Of a stretch of 64,000 nt of DNA, positions 36,742 to 49,167 are shown piece by piece (positions within the stretch are counted from its first letter, which is position 1; the number at the start of each line of letters is the position of its first letter). The notes below the pieces were generated by a model. The model had not been told where the DNA came from and did no database searches. It was given only the letters and a program-made list of their open reading frames with translations. The translations under genes and the position numbers were made by a program. The DNA comes from Octopus bimaculoides (taxonomy: Eukaryota), in NCBI RefSeq assembly GCF_001194135.2, contig NC_068991.1, forward strand, positions 9,342,775 to 9,406,774, in the 5' to 3' direction.

Positions 36742-37700
36742 TACGTTAGGGTTGCTTTGTTTTATATGAGCTGTTCCAAGTTTCACCCAGAGACCGAAAG
36801 TAGCAGCAAGCTGGACGTTTGACCATCGGTGTTATTAATGATTAGTAATGATATAGTGTATGTGAAGGAGACCAGAATCTGAGAACTCTGATTTTGTTAA
36901 ATTTGCAATATTTCTGTTTTGATAGAGTTTTAACAGAATCAGATGTTTTCATGTTGACGATATTTTTTAAGGACGTTGGGCAGTACCCATGAGAACAATT
37001 TTTTTTGTAGTTCTGATACCGTTTGGTTTCCTGGTATTTGGCCATAGTGTTTAAGAGTGCCTTTTGATATTGTCCCTAAAGCTCCAATGATTACAAAGTA
37101 CACTTGTTGTTCTTAGATGCCACATTTATAGACCTCTATTTCAAGGTTATTATATGATTAATTTTTTTCAGACAATTTTACAAAGCGTTGCAGTCTGCTG
37201 AGATTGACATGTTTTGTCAACGTGATTTTTTATCACAATATCTGGTCAGTTGGCCAATGTAGCACGATCAGTTTGGAGACTAAATTCCCAAACAACGGTG
37301 ACATCTTCATTTCTTTACTATTTTGACAGGTTTAAGTTCCCACTAGTTCTCAGACAGGAGTCCAGACTTATGGTAAGAGTCAGAACATATACTGACCAAG
37401 TCCATCATGGCGAATAATATATTCCCTTGAGGCTAGGATGGAGCGACTAGAAATGAAATGGTCAATTATTTCCCTGGCTGCACCACAAAAACAACAGGCA
37501 ACGTCGGCACCATTTTTAATAAAGCACACTTAGTAGTTTTTTTGGTGGGAAGATATTGATCCAGAGCTTCTATAATAAAGCCTCGTTTCTAATTTAAATC
37601 CAGATGCAGTCAACTCTTGGTGGACCATATTCGTATCTACATCTGGATCTCTTGACCTTATAGGGTTTTATCATGCAATACGTTACTTTTTCCCTGCACT
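36742..37700 (-). mobile_element. Degenerate R4/Dong-like RLE LINE, 3' fragment
   Basis: Minus-strand PDIV and VIIGALGTIS motifs; 3' end ggtctctgggtgaaacttgg...aataataat; (TTA)n on both sides. Confidence 0.7.
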
Positions 37701-37727
37701 TCGCAGCACTAAGATTATTATTATTAA

Positions 37728-38158
37728 AGCGGCGAAATGGCAGAATGGTTAACACGCTGGACGAAATACTTAGCGGCGTTTCGCCCGACGCTACATTCTT
37801 AGTTCAAATTCCGCCGAGATCGACTTTGCCTTTCATCCGTTCGGGGTCGATAAATTAAGTACTAGTGAAACACTATGGTCGATGTAATCGACTTACCCCT
37901 CCCCCAAGATGGCTGCCCTTGTGGCAAAATTTGAAATTATTATTAAGGCGGCGAGCTGGTACAATCGTCAACACATCGGGAAAAATGCTTAGCGGCATTT
38001 CGTCTGCCGTTACGTTCTGAGTTCAAATGCTGCCGTGGTCGACTTTTCCTTTCATCCTTTCGGGGTCGATAAATCAAGTACCAGTGAAATTCTGGGGTCG
38101 ATGTAATTGACTAGTTCCCTCCTCCAAAACTTCAGGTCTTGTGCCTATAATGGAAAGG

Positions 38159-38190
<32 letters not shown>

Positions 38191-38460
38191 TATTATTATT
38201 ATTATTATTATTGTTGTTGTTGTTGTTGTTGTTGTTGTTAAGGCGGTGAGCTTGCAGAATCGTTGCCGCGCCGGGTGAAACGCTTAGTGGTATTTCGTCT
38301 GCTGCTACGTTCTGAGTTCAAATTCCGCCGAGGTTGACTTTACTATATGCTTTTACTATAGGCCTTGTGCCTGTAGTAAAAAGGATCATTATGCGAAATT
38401 TAATAAAGTCCTGAGTTGGAAACAAGTCGGGGCCGACTTGCCTTCATCCTTCGGGGTCGA
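37728..38460 (+). mobile_element. Three head-to-tail family A SINEs (37728, 37947, 38242) plus a Meta-like fragment
   Basis: Each starts tta-aggcgg after a triplet repeat; the third has an internal deletion. Confidence 0.8.
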
Positions 38461-39123
38461 AGGTCGACAAGTTTATGTTNNNNNNNNNNNNNNNNNNNNN
38501 NNNNNNNNNNNNNNNNNNNNNNNNNNNNNNNNNNNNNNNNNNNNNNNNNNNNNNNNNNNNNNNNNNNNNNNNNNNNNNNNNNNNNNNNNNNNNNNNNNNN
38601 NNNNNNNNNNNNNNNNNNNNNNNNNNNNNNNNNNNNNNNNNNNNNNNNNNNNNNNNNNNNNNNNNNNNNNNNNNNNNNNNNNNNNNNNNNNNNNNNNNNN
38701 NNNNNNNNNNNNNNNNNNNNNNNNNNNNNNNNNNNNNNNNNNNNNNNNNNNNNNNNNNNNNNNNNNNNNNNNNNNNNNNNNNNNNNNNNNNNNNNNNNNN
38801 NNNNNNNNNNNNNNNNNNNNNNNNNNNNNNNNNNNCTTGATGTATTGAGAACAAACAACAACAACATTTGAAGTTCTGTATCGCTGGAAAAAATCACTGT
38901 CATCATTATAAATATTAATAGTGACTGAGAGCGGAACCGGTGGAGCAAAGGACAAAACCAAACCCCTTCTGAGCGTTCAACTCCCGCTTGAATGCCACAG
39001 AATTAAAATATCGATGAAACACTAGTAAATTTAAATGGCTCTCTCCTCCACTTTCCATAATTAGTGTCTTTGTATCACTGTTAAAAACTAGCATTTAGTT
39101 ACATCCCTTTAAGTTCTGGTAAA

Positions 39124-39360
39124 GGAGCGTGACCTAGTGTTTAGGATATTGCGTTCGCGATACCAAAATTGTGGTCTTGATTCCCGGTGCGTTGTGTTCT
39201 TGTACAAAGCATTTCCTTTCACGTTATTTCATTCCACTCAGCTGTAAATGAGTGACTCTGCGACAGACTAGCGGCCTGTCCAGGGACATTGTTGTGACCT
39301 TGGTCATTTATATTAAACGGAAACCGGGCAGCCGGCCCTGTGAGTCATTCTACGCGAGAA
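39124..39360 (+). mobile_element. SINE family E
   Basis: gcgttgtgttcttgtacaaagcattt..ccactcagctgtaaatgagtgac..gactagcggcctgtccaggg..ggaaaccggg. Confidence 0.65.
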
Positions 39361-39883
39361 TTTTGATTTCAAATCCTCTTTAAGTTAACTTTAACTTTAT
39401 TTGTTTTTTTACTTATGGTTGATAAAAAAAAATTGCATATCAAGTTCTAGAGACGATAAATTCGACAACGCATCTCTCTCCCAGAAAGCTATGGCTTTGT
39501 GCCAATGCTAAAAGCCATTTATCAAATTATTCTCATTATTACTACAGAACTATTGGAGTTACCTGAAACAATGGAACGCTGGATGTCACAGTGTCCAGTT
39601 TGTTGACTAACTCTTTTTCTAGGTTCAAATCACTGCCCAGCACTCTCTTCCCTTCGTGCCCGGCATCATTATTATATAAGTATTTCTATTCATAATTTTA
39701 TTGCTTTGTATTTCATGCTATTTTTTATATTTTTATTTTGCTTATTTATTTCTGTAGTTCTCGGTGATTATGATGACGACACGACGACGACAATGATGCT
39801 GATAGTGATGAGGATGAGGGGGAGGAAGAATAATGATGATAATGATGAGGATGAGGGGGAGGATTGCTTTTTTTTGTTGTGTG

Positions 39884-41150
39884 TTTTTTTTTTTACTTGT
39901 TGAGTCTGGAGAAAGTGACATTAGCCATGATCTTTGATCTTTGCAGACTGTCCAAGCCCGGTGAGCTTAATGCCGATAACGTTCCATTTAAACTGTTGAA
40001 GGTCGACAACCATGAAAGACGAGCAGGGAGGAGATTCCAGAGGGATAATGACCTGGGAATGAAGGATTGTGCATAATGATTAGTAGGGGGCTGATGGTGT
40101 TGAACGCACAAACCGTAACAAGAGAATGGGTCCGGAATACCAATGTGGCGAAGATACGAGACCAGCCAGCTCCGAAGAACAGAGACTATTATCGTAGCGA
40201 TAGAAAAGACCGTGAGAGGAGACAGCACACCTGTGGGTCAAAAGCTGTAGTATGTCTGTTAGTGTTTGGGTACCAGTTAGTCGAGTGGCCCTTCGCCCTT
40301 TTCTGTAGACAATCTAGGACCTCTGTGTGCCTACTAAACAGCACCATCTCAGATGTAGGAGCAATAATCCGTTTTGAACCTGAGTTTAGATTTGCAGAGG
40401 ATCAACGTTTCTTGGGGACGGACATATTTTCTGGCCCTTAAGAGAAGGGTCAGTCTTTAGGATGCGGTTGTAGCTATGCCAGTGCTTTCGTCATAAGATA
40501 TCCTCGATGATAGTGAGGCCCAACATTTGGAGCAACCGTGGATGCTCTAGTTCAATGTTGTTCTTGATTTATGGTGGTTTGGTATTTTCTTTATATGAGA
40601 AGTGCTCGAGATTTTCTTAATGTTAAAAGAAACGAAGTTGGCAAGGTCTCACTGATGAATTCTTACAGGGTCTCTGATTATGAAATCAGTGCAGGTTTGA
40701 CGTGTGATACCCTGGCTGAGTTTGACTGATGTAAGGTTGTCAAAATTTAGGGGGAATGAAGAGTTATGTCATCTGCATAAAAGTGGGTATTTGTTGGATG
40801 TGACAAGAAGCAGGTCATTGGTGATAAATAGAAGGAGGGGAATGGGGGGACAGAACAGAACCCTATGAAACGCCGCAGTTGACTGAGAGCGGAGCAGACT
40901 GAACATCGTCAACCCACGCCGCGATGGTACGATTAGATTGGAAGCTAGTGATTCAAGAAACGAAAGATAGGTAGAACCCATAGGCAGACTGTTTTGATAC
41001 AAGGTTTGCTAGACAAACACGAACGAAAGCTTTGCTGATGTCTACAGCAACAATATTGCTTTCAACGGGACTCTCTGAAGTGACAACCAGTGAGTCTGAC
41101 TTTTTGGAAACCGAACTGGGGAGCGTTTACTGATCAAAAAGAGAAATTCA
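39884..41150 (-). mobile_element. Degenerate CR1/L2/Jockey-group LINE: RT domain to poly(A) tail
   Basis: Minus-strand DISKAFVRV, CGVS*GSVLSP..LLFI.NDLL, YADDITL, QSFIPRSLSLWNLLP; A-tail at about 39884-39894; many stops and frameshifts. Confidence 0.85.
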
Positions 41151-41363
41151 AAACGTTAGAGAATGTCATTCTTGAAGGCTGTTTCTATTATCTTATAAAT
41201 GTTGGTTCTGAGAGCAATATGGTGGTAATGGGCTGGGTAAGGGATGTGAATCTCTTTAGTGAGTGACAGATGGAAAAAGGTTTAGTGAGTATGGGAGTGG
41301 GTTCGGGGACGCGCAACACTTGAGTGTCGCAGAAGGAACGTTGTCAGCGTTGGTAATCTTGTC

Positions 41364-41400
<37 letters not shown>

Positions 41401-42001
41401 CGGAGTAGAGTTGGATAGCAACGGTGAAGGCTTTCTCTGTGGGGGTTAATACTTCGAGAGCCATCACTGTTTTGAAGAGGAAGTACAAAAAAGGGCTCTG
41501 CAAAGTTGGAAGATTGTGGTGATGGTGATGGTGATGTTGTAGTTGTCGTTGTTGATGATGACGATGACGATGATGATGATATTTTAAAAACATTCTGTTT
41601 ATAATACCTTGTTGTTGTTGTTGTTGTTAGTGCCTAAATCAAATCTAATCGATCACTCAGATTTTCGACTTTCATCAGACATTTCAGTCGTGACCATTCT
41701 GTCACTTTATAGGGGTTTATGGTAACAGGATGGTCACAGCTGGGCAAAAATTATCTAACGTACTCTTCTTTTTTTTAAAGACGGTAAGATGTGATCTGAA
41801 GGAATTTGGTAACTATTTCTAGCAAGCAAGTGGATTGATCACGGAAAGAGTACGCCAAGCTCATATTGGCTTCAATCCTTCGAGATGCATCAGAAGTTAG
41901 AAGCTCAAAGTCATTTCTTGATTTCATATCGTGCACTCGTTTTGTCAGCAAGACAAACGGTGAACATCTATTCATTAACTCTGTTATTAACCATTCACTG
42001 G

Positions 42002-42076
42002 GATATCAGGACAAAATCCCCACCCCAACCCGCCATGGGCAAAATCTCCCCGGACAAATTTTAAACAAAAATATCA

Positions 42077-42118
<42 letters not shown>

Positions 42119-42261
42119 TTTTTNNNNNNNNNNNNNNNNNNNNNNNNNNNNNNNNNNNNNNNNNNNNNNNNNNNNNNNNNNNNNNNNNNNNNNNNNNNNA
42201 ACAATATCCCGTGGTGGGGGGGGGGAGTATTTTGACTGCCGGGGGATTTTGTCCCAGTACC
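42002..42261. mobile_element. MULE-like MITE with target-site duplication
   Basis: TIRs GATATCAGGACAAAATCCCCC / GGGGGATTTTGTCCCAGTACC; ttcactgg duplicated at 41994-42001 and 42262-42269; internal gap. Confidence 0.75.
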
Positions 42262-42348
42262 TTCACTGGGTATTTAAGCAACAACAGAGCTTTAACGTTG
42301 TCAGTCGACTTGCTAAAAGTAACAGCCAAATTTCTCTGAAAACAAATA

Positions 42349-42691
42349 CACCGGCATACCTCAACTTACGCTGGTAATTGGTTCCAAGACAAGCGACTTA
42401 ACTGGAAAAACAACTGACGTAACACGAAAATCGTTTTTAAAAAGTTATCGGCTTATATCTGTTTTAATAAATAGTTTGTACATATTTTCGCATGTATTTC
42501 ATCTGATTTTCCACTTCAGCGTTGGTTTTTAGATGTTTGTTTGTTTGTTTTGTTTTTTCTAATCTCCATGCTTCTTTAAATATGATCGGTTAAATCAAAT
42601 GATGTTGGGGTTCTTGTATTTATCATAAAACAAAGAAACAACATTAATTCAAAAACGAAGTAACTCGAAACAACGTAAGTTGAGATCTTTG
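42349..42691. mobile_element. Tigger-like MITE
   Basis: ggcatacctcaacttacg at the left and cgtaagttgag at the right; the right TIR is degenerate. Confidence 0.55.
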
Positions 42692-43090
42692 TTTTACAAG
42701 GAAAACAGGATATACATTTCAGAGGTGAATGTACGATGCCTGACAGAAAATATCAATGGATGGACACAGTAGGAACACTTGGAATAGAGGTCCGCTCTGA
42801 CAAGGCTGAATGGTATAAGGTGCAAACCCTGACAAACCAACGGAAGAACTGCTACGTGGTCGTACAATATGCTAGAAATAACTGTCAAATCTCTCACGAA
42901 TTAGATCTTAATGTATTAAATAAGAGGACACATTCAACATGTGGTATGCTTTGCCTGGATTAAAGATGGGATATTCTCTGCTCATTTGGTGATTATCCAG
43001 GCTTAATTTGGTGGTTATCCAGCACCCTACCAGAACGCTGTATCACCGCTGTGGTTTATATATGTATGTACGTGTGTGTCCGTGCGTGTG

Positions 43091-43126
<36 letters not shown>

Positions 43127-43169
43127 TGTGTGCGTGCGTGTGTGTATATTTACGTGTGTATTTGTATGT

Positions 43170-43248
43170 ATTCTTTTACTTGTTTCAGTCACTTGACTGC
43201 GGCCATGCTGGAGCACCGCCTTTAGTAGAACAAATCGACTCCAGGACT
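43170..43248 (-). mobile_element. SINE family B 3' end, rest in the gap
   Basis: ttcttttacttgtttcagtcacttgactgcggccatgctggagcaccgcc. Confidence 0.75.
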
Positions 43249-43896
43249 NNNNNNNNNNNNNNNNNNNNNNNNNNNNNNNNNNNNNNNNNNNNNNNNNNNN
43301 NNNNNNNNNNNNNNNNNNNNNNNNNNNNNNNNNNNNNNNNNNNNNNNNNNNNNNNNNNNNNNNNNNNNNNNNNNNNNNNNNNNNNNNNNNNNNNNNNNNN
43401 NNNNNNNNNNNNNNNNNNNNNNNNNNNNNNNNNNNNNNNNNNNNNNNNNNNNNNNNNNNNNNNNNNNNNNNNNNNNNNNNNNNNNNNNNNNNNNNNNNNN
43501 NNNNNNNNNNNNNNNNNNNNNNNNNNNNNNNNNNNNNNNNNNNNNNNNNNNNNNNNNNNNNNNNNNNNNNNNNNNNNNNNNNNNNNNNNNNNNNNNNNNN
43601 NNNNNNNNNNNNNNNNNNNNNNNNNNNNNNNNNNNNNNNNNNNNNNNNNNNNNNNNNNNNNNNNNNNNNNNNNNNNNNNNNNNNNNNNNNNNNNNNNNNN
43701 NNNNNNNNNNNNNNNNNNNNNNNNNNNNNNNNNNNNNNNTATATTATGCATACATATATAAATGTATATATATATAAATATATTAATTTCGTTTTTACGT
43801 CGAATGAAAATAAAAATAATCTAATATTGAGCTGAAGAATTACTCAATCCTTTTTGTAGAGTACAAATTTATTTCATTTTTTATAAGTTAAGGGAT

Positions 43897-43943
43897 GATG
43901 GTGACTTTAAAGTTTCGACCTGCTACTCTTCGTCGGTCCGTTC
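43897..43943 (-). ncRNA. Degenerate minimal hammerhead-ribozyme-like motif
   Basis: CCGACGA-A-GAGU(AGCA)GGUC-GAAAC-UUUAAA-GUC; stem III ACUUUAAAGU is a perfect palindrome; stems I and II decayed. Confidence 0.45.
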
Positions 43944-44940
43944 GAAACTTCGAAGTCATTCTCACTCCTCTTCCTGTGAAAATTTGATATATATACTATA
44001 CAAAACGAATTTTGCTCATTAAATATTCTAATGAGACTGAATCTATTATTAGTGTAATTAAGAGGTCGTTAACACACTCGACCAGCAGCTGCAATGTTGT
44101 GAGAAATAATTACTTATTCCCGATATCAGTTATAATAATGATATAAGAATTGTTATATATGGTCGCTTAGACAATAACTGCTCTAGTAACATCATAATTA
44201 GGTGCCATCGATCATTCTTATAAAGAATGGATAATCATTAGGAGTTTCTGCCGGAGGCTGTAATGATTGAGAAGTCAAGTAGTTAAACGTCTTTTATTGT
44301 AGTTGAGGTGAAGGAAAAATCAGTATGATGTACTAACTACCAATGGCTTAGCCGTTATGAGAGGCATTTGTCGGTCTTTAGCAATGCTCTCATGGTGTAT
44401 GATATAACTGGAGCGTATGTTAATAATTGCAATAGTGACGGCACTATAATGATTCGTTGTTGATTTCATGTAATCAAAGAGGAATGATTTCATATTTATG
44501 CATACAGCTATAAATGGATGTTGTTTCTAACCATTATTCTTCACTAATAACTGGATTTATATAGAAGTTATTGTGCTTTTCCAATAATAGCTATGATAAT
44601 TATAACGGTCATTTGAAGCCTTCAGTAATAACCATTAATTTCATGTTTCTATTATTACAAATAAATGATATTGTTTGTATTTTGTAGACTTCGCTAATTG
44701 CTGGGTTTATATACAAATTATTGTTATTCCTGCAGTAGTAATAATCATTATAGGAGCGTTTGAATAATAACTGTAACCTTATAAAGGAATAATTCCATGT
44801 TGTCACTGATAATGATGCCGTGTGTATTCGTTGGTGTTCGTTAATAATTTAACTTTCATTAGCATTATTGTGATTTTCCAGTAATATCTAAAAATTCTTT
44901 CATTTGTTAGCATTTAAGGTAAGATACACCTCCATCTCAA

Positions 44941-45262
44941 GGCGGCGAACCAGCAGAATCGTTAGAGCATCGGACAAAATACTTAGCGGTATTTCTTCCA
45001 GCTTTTTTGCGTTCTCAGTTTAAATCCTGTTGAGGTCAACTTTGCCTTTCATCCCTTTAATGGTTCGATAAAATAAAGTATCAGGCAAGTACCGGAGTCT
45101 ATATAATCGACTTGTCGTCCACCCCTCTTCAAAACCGCTGGTTTTTAGCCCTGCAACAGACTGGCCTTCCGTTCAGTGGTGGAGGTGGTGTTGTAATCCT
45201 TGTCATTTATACGCCGTGGAAATGAGGTAAACAGTCTTGTGAGTCCTAGGGCCCAAGAATAA
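44941..45262 (+). mobile_element. Family A SINE body fused to a V-like (family E) 3' segment
   Basis: ggcggcgaaccagcagaatcg head and Meta-like body to about 45147, then gccctgcaacagactggcc..cagtggtgg..gagtcctaggg. Confidence 0.6.
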
Positions 45263-46152
45263 TTTTTTAAAAGCCACTTTCCTGTGCATCGTCTTTATTC
45301 TCCAAAAATTTGGCTTGGCTGACATTTTTGCAACTATTACTGTTTATTGTTTCTTTCTTGTGGGGTGGGGAGTTAGATTTTAAACACCCAAAAAGGAGTT
45401 TTATCTGCGAATGGCGTGTAATCAACTGAGATGAGTTCTGAATTCTAATGCTTTGGAAATAATATCAGCTAATCGAAGATTAGGACCTACAATATTACAT
45501 ATATATAACTTTTACCCTATGTGTTTTCCAGGAAAAGCTGTAATAAGTTCATCAAAAGCTTTCATTAATAATTATAAGCTTGCAGACGAATAATTTCGTG
45601 TCTTCACTAATAGCTGCAATGATATCGTTTGAAATCTGTAGTCTCTATAGAACTAAATGTGTTTTCTTTTTTCCTTTGCAGTAATAGCTGTAAGGACCAA
45701 AAACGATAACTGTAATGATATAAAAAGCATTTAAAGTGTCGAGTAATTGCGGTAATTGCACAGGAACCGGTGCGAGTCTCTACAAACAATTGTAACGTTC
45801 TTGGAGTCGTTATAATTCTTCACTAATAGCCTATATGAATGTAGGCGACACAATGAGATTTCATTGGAAACTGCAATCAAAGAAACCCTTCAAATGATGA
45901 ATGTAGTACAACAAAACTGTTTTAGTGATCGATTTGTAATGCTTTTAAATAGTAGAACAAATATTAGAAACATTTATTAGCAAAATGTCCATTATGTATC
46001 GTATCACAATTGACGGAAACGGTTATATTTCTGAAAAACAACGTCGAGCTTTTTTATGTTTATTTATATTTTATTTCATTCGTTTATTTCTATTTTTATT
46101 TTTGCTTCCACAAATGGGTAGCAAATATTCAATATATTAATTGCATTAAAAA

Positions 46153-46418
46153 GGCGGCGAGCTGGCAGAAACGTTAGCACGCCGGGTGAAATGCTTAGCG
46201 GTATTTTGTCTGCCGCTACGTTCTGTGTTCAAATTTCGCCGAGATCGACTTTGCCTTTCATCCTTTCATTGTCGATTAAATAAGTAGCAGTTACGCATTG
46301 GAGTCGATATAATCGACTTAATCCGTTTGTCTGTCCTTGTTTGTCCCCTCTGTGTGTAGCCCCTTGTGGACAGCAAAGAAATAAGAAACGTTAGCACGCC
46401 GGGCAAAATTCTTAGCGA
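46153..46418 (+). mobile_element. SINE subfamily A2 followed by a head-clipped second monomer
   Basis: aaagaaataag-aaacgttagcacgccggg junction at about 46385. Confidence 0.8.
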
Positions 46419-46796
46419 TATACACACGTGTGTGTGTGTGTGTGTGTGTGTGCATACGTTAATGCCTTTTAGTCCCAGAGCAACCCAGATCAAGGAGTTG
46501 GCCCATGATCAAATCGATTCCAACCGTGACCATGCCATCTCTTTTTTTCTCAAGTAATCAGCTAGATTATTTGATGTGTCCTTCCTTTTTTTAAGATAAC
46601 AGAGTATAACTTAAGGTTGACTTGACTGCTGTTTCTAGCAAGTCTTACGATCGCATAGAGGATCTCTCTTCGGCTCAGCATGTGCGTATATGTGTGCGCG
46701 CGCGCGTATGTGTATGTGTGAGTGAGTGAATGAGTGAGTGAGTGTAGCATTAAAGTTGAAGAAACACTATTCTCTAACATTATAACTTCATATAAA

Positions 46797-46881
46797 GGTG
46801 GCAAGCTTGCAGAATCATTAGCACGCCGGAGAAAATGCTTAGCGGCATTTCGTCCGTACGTACGTTTTGAGTTCAAATTCC
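46797..46881 (+). mobile_element. Family A SINE, tRNA-like head only
   Basis: ggtggcaagcttgcagaatcattagc..gagttcaaattcc. Confidence 0.7.
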
Positions 46882-48110
46882 ACTTTCTGCAACAAATTCA
46901 CAAAAGCTGTATTTCACAAATAAATGTTAATGTAATTAACCCATTATTTGGAGGGGAGTTACATCCATTGCCTCATTTCGGCCACCCCATTATCACCCCA
47001 CTTTTCTTCAACACCCTCCTGAGTCTTTCCACCTTGCGCAGGCGGGGTGGGGGAAGTACCGCCTACTTTGGGAACCACTGATCTAAACATTTTCCGTTTC
47101 GTTACCCTTTCAATTATGTCAACTTACAGCCTTGTTAAGCCTGCAACAATTGCGCCAATACTACATAAGTCTTGCTGTCGTGAAGGCAATATCGATTATT
47201 CTGTACAAGTGGGATGGAACAGCAGCTCTTAAACAGTGCTAGCTTTGAGTTTTCTCTCAGACACCAATTAGTTCATTCGTTCTATCCGAAACATCCCTTT
47301 CACGTTGAAAGAGATTGCAAGTCCTCGTAGATGAAATGTCACACGCACTGTTCGCAAGTTAACAAAAAACAATTTTTTACATTGACACAGGGCTTAAAAA
47401 CGAGAGAGTATAATTGATTATATCGATAGCCACCATACACACACAGACACACACACATAACTGGTACTTTTGAAGTCTTCTTTGAACCGCAAGATGTCAG
47501 TTTACCGGGAAAGAATGTAGTTTATTATTAATAAGAATTGAAATCAACGCATGCAAGATTTCACAGCTCTAGCATCACACCTTCATAGTCAGCCTATGAA
47601 CCTTTCAACCCACCCTCGTACTTTATCTCATGGAAGAGATAAAGGCGGGGTGTTCACTGCAGGAAAGTCTTTAAATCATAGATAAATCTCCTCGATAATC
47701 CGGGCTAAACAACAACAACAACAACAGTAATATCATCGTTGATATTTTAAATAAAGAAGTACTTTTTTTAAATATATCGATCTCATTTCCAATTGTAATT
47801 GTATATGGAAAGTTTATATAACTTATAACGAGCTTGATATCTTTCGTTTATCGTTCCATCCACAACGATATCAAATTCACTCCAAGTTATATGAACTTCA
47901 ATGATATCAGCAAATAAAATCATTTATGTCGGTTAGTTGAGATGGTTGACATGTCTCACTCACAATGTCTTTGAATACTATCAGGATATTGTTATCCTTT
48001 GTTTTTACACTACAGGATCCGACCGTTTCTAAAGAATTTGAAAAAAAAATTAGAGATGTTAATAAAATATCACAGGCAACTCCAGATACTCTGTCAACAG
48101 CATTATAATG

Positions 48111-48321
48111 ATTTCAAATTTTGACACAAGGACAATAATTTCGGGGAAGAGTGACAGTCGATTACATCGACCCCAGTACATAACTGGTATGTATTTTATC
48201 GACCCAAAAGGGATGAAAGGAAAATTCGACCTTGCCGGAATTTGAACACGGAACGTAAAGACGGATGAAAAGCCGTTATGCATTTTGCCCGGCGTACGAA
48301 CGATTCTGCTAGCTCACCGCC
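48111..48321 (-). mobile_element. SINE family A
   Basis: gtcgattacatcgaccccag..ttatcgacccaaaagggatgaaagg..ctagctcaccgcc. Confidence 0.8.
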
Positions 48322-48889
48322 TGAGTATTCCTTGTGGTTAGAATATCTCGGCAAAAGAATTTAACAAGCTCAGAAAATATTAAGATTTGCTCATTGAAAT
48401 CGAAAATGTGGCACCTCGATACCAGTGATTGTTAGGAGGACTTGGAATGATCAAAAAAAGGAAGTCAAAATTATTTGAGGGTGATCTTTGACTTACCATT
48501 CATGCAGGAAGTGCAAAAGATTGCTTTAACAGGTACCTCACACGTATTAAGAAGAGCACTGTCGCTGTGAGAACGATATAACCTATATGAAGTTTTGTCT
48601 TTTTTTACCTTTTTCTTTTTACTTTTTTTTTTTCTTTATACCGTTTTTTTTTTCCATTTCTCTTTTTCTTTTATTTCCTTTTTTTTCTTTGTTTTTTTTT
48701 NNNNNNNNNNNNNNNNNNNNNNNNNNNNTTTTTTTTTCCACATAACTTGACTTTGTAAATGAACAGTCTGGTGTGCTTATTCTAATAGCCTATCAATGTA
48801 TACAGTGAGTTCCTTGCCCTAAGTGCCGGAAAGACACCGGACAAGAAATGGAAAACAAAACTGAAAGAAGAAAAACTAATAATAATAAT

Positions 48890-49100
48890 GGTTACAAGTT
48901 TTGGCACAAAGTCAGCAAGTTCGGAGAGGGGTTAAGTCGATTATATCAATCCCAGTGCTCAACTGGTACTTATTTTATCAACCTCCAAAGGATGAAAGGT
49001 AAAGTCGACCTCGGCGGAATTTGAACTCAGAACGTAAAGACGAGTAAAATGTCGCTAAGCATTGTGCCCGGCGTGTTGGCAAGTCTGCTAGCTCGTTGCC
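48890..49100 (-). mobile_element. SINE family A with (TAA)n on both sides
   Basis: Full head-body-tail; (TAA)n at 48878-48889 and 49101-49158. Confidence 0.8.

Positions 49101-49164
<64 letters not shown>

Positions 49165-49167
<3 letters not shown>

Noticed and set aside
36742-37700. R4/Dong-like LINE as the direct mobilising partner of SINE family A
   Set aside because: No shared 3' sequence is visible and the triplet tails have opposite polarity
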